A DNA stretch of 35,154 nucleotides from Octopus bimaculoides. Its lineage: Eukaryota. Shown here piece after piece: positions 1-12,090 of this stretch. How positions within the stretch are numbered: the first letter of the stretch is position 1; every line of letters begins with the position of its first letter. The stretch covers positions 50,054,481 through 50,089,634 of the forward strand of contig NC_068998.1 of assembly GCF_001194135.2 (NCBI RefSeq), written 5' to 3'. The position numbers and the translations under genes were made by a program. The notes below the pieces were generated by a model. That model did not search any database, had not been told where the DNA came from, and worked only from the letters and a program-made list of their open reading frames with translations.

Positions 1-206
1 ATATATATATATATATATAGTAAGTGAGTGAACGATAAGTTCCTGAATTGATATGTACGGAATTAAAAAGAAAAATATGAATAAACAGGGGCCTGTTATA
101 CTTCTACAATTTCAATGTTGCCGAGACTTATGTGCTCATTAATATAACTATCGGTGTTTTAGATGTTAATACACTTTGTAATAGAATACTTAATAAATCT
201 ACTTAC

Positions 207-246
207 CAACAACTAGAAGCAACATAAAAAAGGCGAATTTCTTCAT
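207..246 (-). CDS. Paralog E (partial): first coding exon (signal peptide MKKFAFFMLLLVV-G) of the secreted six-Cys family; remaining exons would lie left of the window
   Basis: ATG at 246, 13 codons plus 1 nt, then a GTAAGT donor. Same 40-nt length and phase-1 junction as exon 1 of the four other paralogs. Upstream DNA (about 250-420) aligns with the upstream DNA of paralog A. Confidence 0.75.
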
Positions 247-792
247 AGCGTTGCTCTTGTATTACTTATTAATTGTGCTCACCAAGAAGTCAGCTGCAGA
301 TAGTGACATCTTAAATAAGTATATATGTATGATGTAACACATGTGCCTCAAATAATAGTAAATATTAAGCATATTTATCCTTTTGTCGCGTAGTGATATA
401 TTTGACATGGAATATTATATATGATGGTCTAAGTCTACATGTACACCTTTCCTTTTTCTTGACCCATGCTGGTTATCAACGACAATCGACGCATATAGGC
501 TATTATATTCAGGACAAACAATGTGCCATATGTTACCGCCTACGGTCCCCATTACAGCTGCATGTGTGGAGGGATACAAAGGGACTGCATGAAGCCATAG
601 CATCAAAGAATTGACATGAAATAGTGGTGTGCTCTTTCGTAACATAGATACATAAACGGTCTTGGTGTGTCTGCATAATCCGATCCCCTGCAACATGGAT
701 CACGTACTGATGATTGTAGCACACACACGCGTGCGCCGGCACACATGCAGAAACATGCGCGCTCACGCATATATAATACCTATATATACATA

Positions 793-844
<52 letters not shown>

Positions 845-1479
845 CACACACACACAGAGCAACGCACATACATATATAAAATGTACTGCCTCGTGATAGA
901 AAATTCAACAAAATAAGCGCTCTATCTGATGAGAGATAAATATTATTTATTTATAGGGCACGATACATGCATTGAACGGATGCTAATTGTTTCATATGTT
1001 GAGAAATACGCAAACCGCTCATAAAGAACGATCGAGTTAGCCATACGTTGCCTACCCTGTTTTGGCTCGTTTCTTTTATTATTCAATACTTTTAGTTCGT
1101 TATGATACGTGATTTGCACCTTAAGAATACATCTTAGTATAAGAGTTCTATATTTGAGTGATGAGGAAGTATGTACATTATTTACATTTGACGGATATTT
1201 GGTTTGGTTGTGTGTTTGCATGTCTGTTTGTGCCAAGTTGCCGTCTACACCCGTTAACAAATTTTCGTGAAACTTTGCAAACATGTTAAAACATCGTCAA
1301 GCTGGTTACAAGGCTCATTGAAGTTTAATAAAAAAAACTGCCACAAATTTGCTTCCATGAGGCTTTAGATAAACCCTTCATCTGGTTCCAAAGGGGACAA
1401 AAGCTAATGAGGTAAATGCTAGTTATTCTACCTATGTAGCAGTGGATAACATCTGACATTCCCAACTAATATAGGACTG

Positions 1480-2266
1480 CAGCTCAGTGTTGATGATGCA
1501 GACAGAACCTTTTCAAATCAACTGTTGGACGTCAGTAATGGCACTTCGGTTGGCGAGAATGATGGCCGGATAAGTTTGCGTTTTGTTCATATGGTATCTG
1601 ATTTAAAGGACTAATGAATAACGTGTTTCCTAACCTGAGGAATCAGTTTACAGGCCACAATTGGTTGAAAAGACATGCCCTTGTAGCTCCAACGAACGTG
1701 GCAGTTGATGATTTGAACATCAAGCTCCTGGAACAGTTGCCAGGTGAGCATGACATCTATAATTTCATTGATGCTGTCCTCAACACCGATGAAGCTGTTA
1801 ACTATCCAGTTGAATTCTTGAATAATCTTGCTCCACCCGGCCTTCCAAGTCACAACGTGCACCTCAAGAATCGGACACTAATTACGCTAGTTAGAAGTTT
1901 CGACCGTCAAAGCTTTGAAATGACACAAGATTTATAGTAAAGAAGATGATGCCAACAGTCTTGGACACAACAATTTTGACTGGTAAAGCAAGCAGTGAGC
2001 CGGTATCCACTTCTAGAATTCCGCTTATTTCCTCGGATATGTCTTTCGAGTGCGAGCGCCTGCAATTCCCGTCGAAACTGAGATTTGCAATGAGCAATAA
2101 TCGGTGGTATTCCTTACCTGCGGAGGTTCTGAACTTTCCGGAACGAGTTTTCTCCCATGGCCAGTTTTATGTGGGAAACTCAAGAGTCGGTAATCTTAAT
2201 AATTTGTTTATTTATGCTCCACAAAGAAACCAAAATGGTGTTCATCAAGAAGCTCTGCAAACTTAA
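1480..2266 (+). mobile_element. Decayed Helitron Rep/Helicase fragment (C-terminal PIF1-like helicase)
   Basis: Translations NWLKRHALVAPTNVAVDDLN...AVNYPVEFLNNLAPPGLPSHNVHLK and ILTGKAS...RIPLISSDMSFECERLQFPSKLRFAMS...FSHGQFYVGNSRVG match the conserved Helitron/PIF1 helicase C-terminus. Stops and frameshifts are present and no terminal hairpin was seen. Confidence 0.9.
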
Positions 2267-2405
2267 TACAATTCACCAAATTATTAGTTGTTTGTTATTT
2301 AACTATAATATGTGTAAGTGTTGTAGATGTATTGATATTCTACGTGTTATTTTAAAATCTATATGCAAATTATTTGTATGTCTACTGTAAAATTAAACGT
2401 CAGTC

Positions 2406-2626
2406 TGTTTCTTATTGGGCTACACACAGAGGGGACACACAAGGACAGACAAACGGATTAAGTCGATTATATCGACCCCAGTGCGTAACTGGTACTTATT
2501 TAATCGACCCCGAAAGATGAAAGGCAAAATCGACCTCGGCGGATTTGAACTCTGAACGTAACGGGAGACGAAATACCGCTAAGCATTTCGCCCGGCGTGC
2601 TAACCATTCTGCCAGCTCGCCGCCTT
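2406..2626 (-). mobile_element. tRNA-derived SINE (family 1), near full length
   Basis: Minus strand begins GGCGGCGAGCTGGCAGAATGGT (Pol III A box) and carries GAGTTCAAATCC (B box). Related copies at 23587-23690, 30716-30870 and 30890-31042. Confidence 0.85.
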
Positions 2627-2689
2627 CAAGGGTTATATTCTCTTGGAACGCACAAGAGCCCTTTTTCATAGTTGTTTATTTTGAATTGT

Positions 2690-3300
2690 TATTATCTCAT
2701 ATCTGATTAGCCTGTTATTTCGTAACACGCTTCACAATTTTGGTATCAATCCCTTATTGAGATGTCCTAATAACAAGATCCTCTGTAAGACAGTTCGGTA
2801 TACTCTGTAAATACACTAAAACCGTTTTAAGGGCTACATATATTGTAGTGTTGATAAGCGAAACAATTATGAGAACAGAAACAAGAGATAAGCCCCGTTT
2901 TCTCGCGAATTACCGGTTGCACGTCAAGGAGATTGTGTTCAAAAAGACTTATACTATTATACACCACATGGATTTCGAATTCACCATCCTTTTCAGAAAA
3001 AACACTAAGCACAGCATGGGTTGAAAATCCGATTTTGATGCATTCTTCGATGCATAGAAGAGACGTACGATAGTGCGAGCATGAGCAATCTTTAACTTAA
3101 ATACCCTGAGATCCAGTTTCCCATCTCACGGTATTGGCCTATACCGTGAGGATGGTTTGGGAATATCTCATGACTTCGTTAGTCACATTCCGGAGAATTT
3201 AGGAAAAGCAAACCATTGATATCGTAAGTAGAGTTGTCCTCAAAATCGCTGTCAGCACTAATCTGTAGACAGTTAAAATTTAGATGTTTAACTGGATCAT
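2690..3300. mobile_element. Penelope-like element relic: RT fragment (+, about 2965-3300) next to a probable GIY-YIG C-terminal fragment (-, about 2690-2900)
   Basis: Plus strand reads GIGLYREDGLGIS and LKIAVSTNL*TVK, resembling the PLE GLYRDDGL...LKIT...FLDV motifs. Minus strand reads CLTEDLVI...LNKG, resembling PLE CLTEKLxI...LNKRSEL. Heavily decayed. Confidence 0.55.
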
Positions 3301-3886
3301 GTTATGAATATTTAAAAAGGACCTGAATATATACATCAGAATCATGATAGCTCTATAATTATTTACTTGGTCAATAATTGGTGTGCCCTGTATGATATAA
3401 TCATGTGCACCTTTCGTTCATTTATTCACTGAACACCTTGAGGACACACTTTTCACACATTCTGCTGCACATATTCAGGTCTTCATGTCGGGGTCGGTGT
3501 ACAGTTGCCACACCAACTGAAAACCGTATCCTAATTGTTTGTATAGTCACACGACAGTCTTCTCAACGAGAACTGTTGTTCTGCCGACCCTCTCCCTCCC
3601 AAACCTCTCCTCGTGTCTCACAAACTTTCTACCGTTTTTTAATCTCTTATACCCATCAAAAATTAATACTTGCTTCATACAAGTTCATACATAAACCATC
3701 TATAGCAATTCCTAAAATTCTGATGAGGGTTCGCTCAATTTAGAACATTTCATCGCATATTAAGTTTGCAAATCAAATGCACATCCCGAATCTATTCTGA
3801 ACAACAGTCAGCTGTTACAAGTTGTTTTTTTGTACAAGCATGTGCATTTTCAAAGGGCTGTTGCAGCTCATTCCTCCGGTCTAGAA

Positions 3887-4075
3887 CGGTGTTCCGCAAC
3901 CGGCCTGCGGCCTGCCACGGCATACTAGTGTGACGAGACGATGCTAAGTATACCGCAGTGTATCCTGAATATGTATTTTCCCAATACTTTTAGCTATACG
4001 TTTAGTTCAAGTGAGCTGCCGAATTTTAAAATGAATGTAAGTGTGCCTCAAGTGAAAAAAGGTTCAAGAGCACTG
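3887..4075. mobile_element. Non-autonomous hAT (Charlie-like) MITE
   Basis: Imperfect terminal inverted repeats CGGTGTTCCGCAACC / GGTTCAAGAGCACTG. Flanks GTCTAGAA (3879-3886) and GTCTCGAT (4076-4083) form a 6/8-matching 8-bp TSD; the left one fits the NTCTAGAN Charlie target. Confidence 0.7.
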
Positions 4076-4626
4076 GTCTCGATTAAAACATCCTACAAAT
4101 CAGCTTCGTAGATGAATAATAATTATAGACTCATATAATTATCGTCTACGACAGTTAAAGCTGTCACTCTTTAGAAGTTTAAAGACTGGTAATAAATATA
4201 ATAAATCTTAGTATAATAAATCTTCAGTTTAACAACGAAGCCATATTTTTCAAGTGTGTAATCAGTAGATGGTGTTAAATTTGGAAATTTTGAGAAAGAA
4301 TAAAACAAATAGGTAAGTATATGTTTGGAGTATTTAACTATCCTTTTCATTAAAAAACGATACAGAAACACAAGGCTGACGCATCACAACATGCAGAGAA
4401 TAACGGTGGCAAATCGTCATGACAATATATTCTTCATTCATACATTAGAAATGCAACCAGAAGTGCTGAAAGGTTCGTTGGTGGTTGAAATGTAATCTAT
4501 AAACAGAATAGAAAAATTACAATTTACATAAATATTGAAGCAGCTGGAATGAAGTATTCAGGGATGTAGATATATGCATACACAGAGACAAACGTACGCA
4601 TATGCACGTATACATAAATCCATGTT

Positions 4627-4687
<61 letters not shown>

Positions 4688-6430
4688 ATGTGTGTGTGTA
4701 TGTATGTATATGTATANNNNNNNNNNNNNNNNNNNNNNNNNNNNNNNNNNNNNNNNNNNNNNNNNNNNNNNNNNNNNNNNNNNNNNNNNNNNNNNNNNNN
4801 NNNNNNNNNNNNNNNNNNNNNNNNNNNNNNNNNNNNNNNNNNNNNNNNNNNNNNNNNNNNNNNNNNNNNNNNNNNNNNNNNNNNNNNNNNTATATACACA
4901 AACATACGTACACGGAGCGAGGGATAAATTATCGACATTTTATATATTTCATTTCGAGCATGCGCATTGTTTGTTTTTGCCTTTGTCGAACACAGTAGAG
5001 TAACGTCGGTTGAACATCGTCGGTGAGAAAAAAAACATCACCATCACGTAATTCACTCTGGTAAATCTGTCATGTTAATGATGGCGGGAATGATGCGAAA
5101 ATCTTACCGCCTCTCTACAACTGCTGAAGATAGCAGAAGTTCTCAAATTTGCGACAAAATTAATAACAAGAATAGCAGCTTGCAGTAGACTGTAGCTTCT
5201 GCGCCGGTCAATGTTACTCTGATAGATAATTCCTCTCGATGGAATATTGCTAAACCTATTAGCAATGGAAATATATTATAATGAAATCAAAACAAAGATC
5301 ATAAGATTATTCGAATGCTAATCTAATGTTCTTTGTTTCAACTTCATTATAATAAAGCAATTATAATTATAATAAATACAATTATTACAATTCTACAAAT
5401 GTAATATTCTACTAATTGCCAATGTTATTAGCTCGTGAATCCCTTATTAGAGATTGTTTAATCAATCTGCATTACAATGATTCAATAACGTATGGTAGTA
5501 TTCCGGTTATATCTAAAAGAGCTATTCTATATATACATGTTGAAGAAATATCGGGGCGGTATCAAGGATAGCGGAGTAATTATTGATGCGATAGTTTAGA
5601 TGAAATGACTTACCTTATATTGGTTATTTTGAAAAGGTACTGAAATCAAAAAGCAAATATCATAAAAGTGAAAATCTACCACACAGTATTCTATCACACA
5701 CAGCTTGATGTAAAACTACTTATCGAGATTCATTCGGTATCACGTGCCAGTTAAAGCAAAGTCCAACCTCTGTTGTCACTCATGTGCATTGGCTTTTGGT
5801 TGTTGAATATGATAGTGGGAAAATAATACTGGCTGGTCTTTTCTATTTTACTGATTTCCCGAAAAGGGAGTGAGGAGAAATTATAATAATGCGCCTAGTG
5901 GCACTGACCAGTTTGGACTAAACGGAAATCACAGAGCGAATTGCTGCAGAGGTGAATGCTGAGTTTCGTTAATGCTATCATGGAAAGATAGAGACGATGT
6001 TGCGAAATAGTTTGGGCCCTACGGATTAAATATATTAGAAATTTCCAAATTTAACGATAAATGCAATTACTTTCAAGAGAGTAGATTTTACTATCCTTAT
6101 GTAGTACCAGCCTTTTTGTTTTTTTTCAGATTAGAATGGTTTTAATAGATATTTCATCTCATTTGTATATTTATAAACGCGTTACTCTTGTTAAGATATG
6201 TTTGTCGCAGCCATGTATAACTTCGCATGATATTTTAATTATTTTTACACACCTGTCCTGTTAATCCAACAGTCATGAATGGGTATTTGACAGTTATGTA
6301 ATTCTAGGGCTCATTTAATTATCGTCAAAGTTGTTAGGCATTGGTATCCTTAAAGAAAAATGTTTAAGGGATCTGCTTTACAATGAATGAATATTGAGGA
6401 ATAATATTGTAATCTTGGCTACAACAATTG

Positions 6431-7119
6431 GTTGTATCAAAAGGTTCCCGGCCTATTCGAAATAGTCACCTTGTACAGCAATACACCGGTCAGAGCGTTA
6501 CTACAACTTTTAGTTTCGCCTGGAATTTGTTTTTGAAAGCGAGTCGAGGACCCTCTGCAATTCGCTCTAGACCTTGACATTAGTGTTAAAACGCCGACAT
6601 TTGAGCTAGTGTCTGCAAGTGCTAAATCCGGCGAAGAGTGCCGGTACAGAAACAATACCATGTTGTTTTTGGTGAGAAACTACGAATGAGGAGAGCTCGG
6701 TGAGAATCTAATTGTTCGCGCTCCAGAGATCCAGTCGTTTTCACCGAATATTCCTCCCTCAAACGCTTTAAAACGTTACAGTTGAACTCTCGATTGACGG
6801 TCTGGCCCTCGGAGTCGAATTTTCTATGAAAAATGCCCTATTTCCGGGGAAGACTTTCTTCCAGATCTCTCATCGTCTTCCAGAGAATTTCTTCCGCTAA
6901 TAAAGCATCTACGTCACTCGCAATATTGCTAACTTCTTCGACGTTATTTTACCGAAGCCTGCTCAGTATCTCTGTAGCAAAGATTCCAAGTTTAATCCAA
7001 AATTTCACGAAGTAAACACAGAAATGTCACTCGGCACACTTCCTCATGTATGTTCTTGCTCTCCGTGCTCTCATCTGCCGGTGTCTTACAAACCTATGTC
7101 GGAAACGTTTTGATAGAAC
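6431..7119 (-). mobile_element. Internally deleted mariner-family transposon relic
   Basis: Fragments VKFWIKLGIFATEILSRL, SGRNSLEDDERSGR, SPDLALAD and DRCIAVQGDYFE* are mariner transposase motifs. Imperfect TIRs at 6431-6450 and 7100-7119. The middle of the transposase is missing. Confidence 0.85.
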
Positions 7120-8190
7120 ATTGTAACATTTTAATATATAGATACTGGTGTAGAATGGAAGTAGAATCGAAGACACCCCATTAATTTTTGATACAATTCT
7201 TAATATCAAATCACATACCTTTCTATAGCGATAGTTGTACTGAAAAAGCAAAGCAAAAAGTAAGTGTCAGCAATGTGAATGCTACAACAGTGTATTTAAT
7301 TTATCTTCATAAATATACATTAATTAGGATGATCCTTACAAATTATCATTACTGTATTTTTATGTGATCTGTGATAGTTCAGGCAAAGAACTAAATTTAC
7401 TGTCACATGTGTACATTAATTGCTGTAGTTGATTAAATATCATGGTAGTAAACTCCCACAAGCTGTTAATTCCATGATAGCGATTCGGTGAACAGCGATA
7501 CGAAACATAACGGTAGTGATATATTTCAAAAATAAATTATTATCTTTTAACCGGCAGTAAAATATGGTTTTAGATTGAAGCGCTTTCCTCACAATGACAA
7601 TATCATTAGAAATATTTCTGTTACAGTATATTGGTTGTACTTAAGATATACACAACATTAAACGTGGGACACTCTTTAACAACGTTGAGTTAAATTTGTG
7701 ATCCCTGCAGCATAACATACTTGAAACCTCTGCATCATAATATATTACCAAAAATTTAATGAAAAGGGAGAATAAAAAGTGTATTTGAATTATACATATT
7801 TGACTGCTTTCTATGATCGTAGTGTTTATAATCTATGTGGAATATCTGAGACGTCGACTGTGTATTTATGATAATTTTATTCACACCCACGTCTCTCGGT
7901 TACAATCGTAAGTTAACTTTATATATTTATCATAACAACAGCATTGACACACAAACCATATATTAGATAATAGTGCTATTTAAAATCTTGTTAAGAATAT
8001 CAATTTAAAGCATGCAGGAGGATGTATATTCCGCAAGTAAACACTATACTGTGTTTCTCACAATGAGTCAACAGATATTTCAGAATGAGTTAACAGATAT
8101 CAGATTACAGAAAGACAGCTTTTCTTTTAGGAGTTACATTTAATTTAGCACAAAATGAAAGATCAATAAGTAGATATTACAACTATGTAC

Positions 8191-10857
8191 CTCGCACGAG
8201 TGAGCCATTCCGAACAATAAGTAACATCTAGCGTGGGTGTCAGGTGTAAAACATTTCAAGAGGGCGTCGTAACTACTGGAATAACCAAAAAATAATTTTG
8301 AAAGATCGTTTACAACCCGAATATTCAATTTCTACGTATGAAATAAAATAATAATGTCAATTCTATTCGATATATATGACGTTCATTTCTGTTTCTACAG
8401 TTGCATCATTCAATTTCGTGTTTTGGAACCTTGCCTTCTTTGATATTATTCCTATTCTTATTTTGTTTCACATTGTGCCTATTAGTGCAGTCACTATCTT
8501 TCCTTTCCACCCGGATTGTTCCTTGGCGTTTCTGCTATAACTGAATCCTAATTTGCCTCTGCTCTACTTTTCATGCCATTTCTTCCCTTCATGCAAATAT
8601 TTCCTTTTCCAGTTGGTTTTTCTGAATATTTGTTAACATGTACCTCACTGTTATCTACTATATTATACATGTATTATCCTTATTCAAAGTTCCGCGTTTG
8701 TATTCAAGTACAAACTTACTTATCAATTTACTATTGCATGTAGAATTCCAGGTTGTGGCATGACGAAGAAAATGATCTTAACCGATGAATTTTCTTTTTA
8801 AATTGACAAATATCGTAAGTATAAATTATAATATATAATTTGATAATAAATAATAAATGTTCTCACCTCACAAAACATTGTCCACAAGGTAGACAGAAAT
8901 TCTGCATTTCCTGGAAAGGACCTTTTACGATTGTGCATATCTTATTATGGACGAAGTAAAACCATATTTATGAGATCTTATTCTCCTTAAGATACCACAC
9001 AATATCATCCAGCAACTTCGAATTACTCTTCTTGATTTTATTGAAGCTGGCGACAAGGTTTCGTTATTGCTTCTTGAAATAATCAGCGCTTCACGCACAA
9101 TACGGTGGGCATCATTTTTTTGTATGAAGAGGTATATACCTTAATTTGACATTTATATCTACGAAGAGCCCAAAAAAGTTCTTGCGAAAGAGGGTTAATT
9201 TTAACGAGATAGCATATACAAATTTTGTGTGTTAGTGAAACATAGATATGTATACTCTTCTTACGATGGTTTTGTTAGCATTTGATTGCAAATATATGTG
9301 ATATTTATCTTTGACATTTATACGATGCATGCCTGCACTCCTCGGACGTTCTCAGATAACCTCTTATTTCATGGGGGCCAACTTTCTTTGATTTATCCAC
9401 GCAAGCATTCCAAGCGTCTGAGCCCGCGGTTGCTGCACCTATACATAGAAAATAAAATCTCTTTTGTTTATATCAAGTTGAACTTTTCCGTACCAATACT
9501 AAGCTATTTGAACGGTGTAATTCATTTCTTCCATCATCATACAGGAAAATAAATCTGAAAGTTTAGATGGTGGAAACTGTTGCTGTATCATAATATTTGT
9601 TTGTAATTGAAGCTTGAAGTTGCTAAAGTAGAAGTTTTGTGAGATTTTGACACCAATTATTTTATTTGACTGCTTTGATTTCTCGTACATTGATTCTAAT
9701 ATTTTTATGTTTGGTCAAATACATTGCACAATATCGACAACGCCTTCATCTCACGGCACATCCTTATTATTACAATAACTAAATATAGCACGCTCTTAAT
9801 GACATCCAGTCAATGTCGTTGTTATAGTTATAAAGACCTTCACTTGTAACTCAAATGAATTTATATTTCTCTCCTTCATAGTTTGCCACAAATGAAACAA
9901 CAATCACATAGTAAAAAATTATACCTATGTCAAATGTCACGTAAATATATGACGAATTCATCATTACTTTCGTTAGAATATTCGTCATATCGTTTCGGCG
10001 AATTTGACTATTTCATGTAGTAATGGGCGCTGCTTTGAAACGCATTCTAAGAATAACGGTTAGGTATGTAATTGTATATGTGCATTGTGCATAAATTATG
10101 ATAAACTGAAATGTCCATAATATGAAATAATAATAGATTGAAGCTTTGACTATTGGTTACCTACGTAAGTTTCACCGTTGTGTTTGCTGGAATGATATAG
10201 TGTGTGATCGACATGAAACCGGATGCTTAACCGCTTGCATTATATAAACTTGGATAGTTGGAAGTTATTATAAGTGCGTTGGGAGTGAAGTACAGAGATA
10301 GCTCATAGAATATAGAAATAGTAAGCAAATAAGTAGATCTAAATGGGAATACAAGAAATATAATGAGAGTAAATAATTATAATTAACTAAAGATTGAATG
10401 AAAACAAAAGAAAAAAAGAAAAAGGAAATCGATATAAGATTGTGTTAAAAGGATAAAGCGTGTAAATCAAAAGTAAGCGAATAATAAATTATTAAGTATA
10501 TATAAACATATTGTTGAAAATAATAAGCGAAATATTCAGAGAAGCAATCGACAGATTTATTAGTGGGAGACTAATAAATCTGTCGATCTGTCGATAAATA
10601 TTTAAAGTGGTAGGACGAAAAATATCAATAAACGGAGAGGTATTATGATAGCTCTACAATCTGAAAGCTATAGAGATACATTTGCTGATTGATTTAATCA
10701 TCGCCATTTTAGGTGCTTAAGTGCACTGGAATACTCATGGAATACCTATGGAATACCAATGGAGTATTTATGGAATACTAATGAAGTACCAATGGAATAC
10801 TTAATACGCCTACTCACCAACAAAAAGCAGTAAAGTAAAAGTGGACAATTTTATCAT
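8191..10857 (-). CDS. Paralog A: small secreted cysteine-rich protein, divergent copy; MIKLSTFTLLLFVGAATAGSDAWNACVDKSKKVGPHEIRGYLRTSEECSSYDALLKCFTPDTHARCYLLFGMAHSCE... (last exon unresolved)
   Basis: Exons 10857-10818 (GTGAGT donor), 9438-9333 (AG acceptor, GC donor) and 8275-8191 (AG acceptor, GT donor) join in frame with phases 1 and 2. Hydrophobic N-terminus. Cys spacing matches B-D except that Cys2 is missing. Confidence 0.7.
10547..10587. repeat. Perfect 18-bp inverted repeat with 5-nt loop
   Basis: ATCGACAGATTTATTAGT-GGGAG-ACTAATAAATCTGTCGAT. Confidence 0.95.
10727..10803. repeat. 11-bp minisatellite (TGGAATACYHA), 7 copies
   Basis: TGGAATACTCA TGGAATACCTA TGGAATACCAA TGGAGTATTTA TGGAATACTAA TGAAGTACCAA TGGAATACTTA. 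Confidence 0.9.
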
Positions 10858-10917
10858 GTCGCTGCCTCTGTATAAATAAGTCTAATCATGTAGAAGTCAT
10901 CTGGAGATAGCGTAATT

Positions 10918-10924
10918 TTAAATA
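10918..10924 (-). promoter_or_regulatory. TATA-like element (TATTTAA) 61 nt upstream of the paralog A ATG; equivalent element at 311-317 for paralog E
   Basis: Same motif at near-identical spacing in both genes, followed by aligned CTATCT(C/G)CAG(A/C)TGACTTCT. Confidence 0.4.
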
Positions 10925-11309
10925 TAGGTATACGTACATACATACATACATACATACATACGTACATACATACATATATATCGATACCTTGTTGTACCAT
11001 TCTTATGAATTTATATATATATATATATATATATATATNNNNNNNNNNNNNNNNNNNNNNNNNNNNNNNNNNNNNNNNNNNNNNNNNNNNNNNNNNNNNN
11101 NNNNNNNNNNNNNNNNNNNNNNNNNNNNNNNNNNNNNNNNNNNNNNNNNNNNNNNNNNNNNNNNNNNNNNNNNNNNNNNNNNNNNNNNNNNNNNNNNNNN
11201 NNNNNNNNNNNNNNNNNNNNNNNNNNNNNNNNNNNNACATACATACATACATACATACATACGTACATACATACATATATATCGATACCTTGTTGTACCA
11301 TTCTTATGA

Positions 11310-11390
<81 letters not shown>

Positions 11391-12058
11391 TGTGCCTGTG
11401 TGTATGTGTGTATGTATGTATATATATGTATATATATGTATGTATCTGTGTATGTATAATTACATATATGTATGATGTAACACATGTTTGGTCCAAAATA
11501 TATATTTTCCTATCGAATAGTGATATATTTGACAATGATTATTGTATATGTGACATTCTAAAATAAATGTGCATATTTATTTTGGCTTATTCCATACTGT
11601 TTAATATTGAGACTCGGCGCGTCAAGGCTGTTACATTTTGGATACAACTGTGTGTCAGGTGTGAACTGCTGATGTTCACTATTACAGTGAGTGTCTATGT
11701 GAAGAGAGGAAAAGAGTGCAAGAGAATTGGTTAGTATTGGCAATAAGACCCCTGAGAACATGCCGCCACACTCGTGACCTAGTTATATGTATGTGTGCGT
11801 ATACATATACACATACATAAACATGTATATATATATATATATATATATATATNNNNNNNNNNNNNNNNNNNNNNNNNNNNNNNNNNNNNNNNNNNNNNNN
11901 NNNNNNNNNNNNNNNNNNNNNNNNNNNNNNNNNNNNNNNNNNNNNNNNNNNNNNNNNNNNNNNNNNNNNNNNNNNNNNNNNNNNNNNNNNNNNNNNNNNN
12001 NNNNNNNNNNNNNNNNNNNNNNNNNNNNNNNNNNNNNNNNNNNNNNNNNNNNNATATA

Positions 12059-12090
<32 letters not shown>

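Noticed and set aside
924-940. CTGATGAG core suggesting another hammerhead
   Set aside because: No downstream stem II-GAAA or stem I partner was found.
5108-5218. Minus-strand AG...GTAAGA-bounded 111-nt stretch open in one frame (SNIDRRRSYSLLQAAILVINFVANLRTSAIFSSCREA)
   Set aside because: No partner exons, no similarity to the cluster and no recognisable motif. Compatible with chance.
8900-9080. WKGPFTIV and EAGDKVSLLL, resembling Gypsy integrase C-terminal motifs
   Set aside because: The order is reversed relative to real integrases and the matches are very short, so there is not enough support.
10930-11340. About 100-bp exact duplication either side of gap 11039-11236
   Set aside because: Same artefact pattern: identical copies bounded by microsatellites around a gap.
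11558-11761. ORF with hydrophobic start and FTPDT, echoing paralog A exon 3
   Set aside because: No Cys scaffold, no splice-site match and only a five-residue coincidence.
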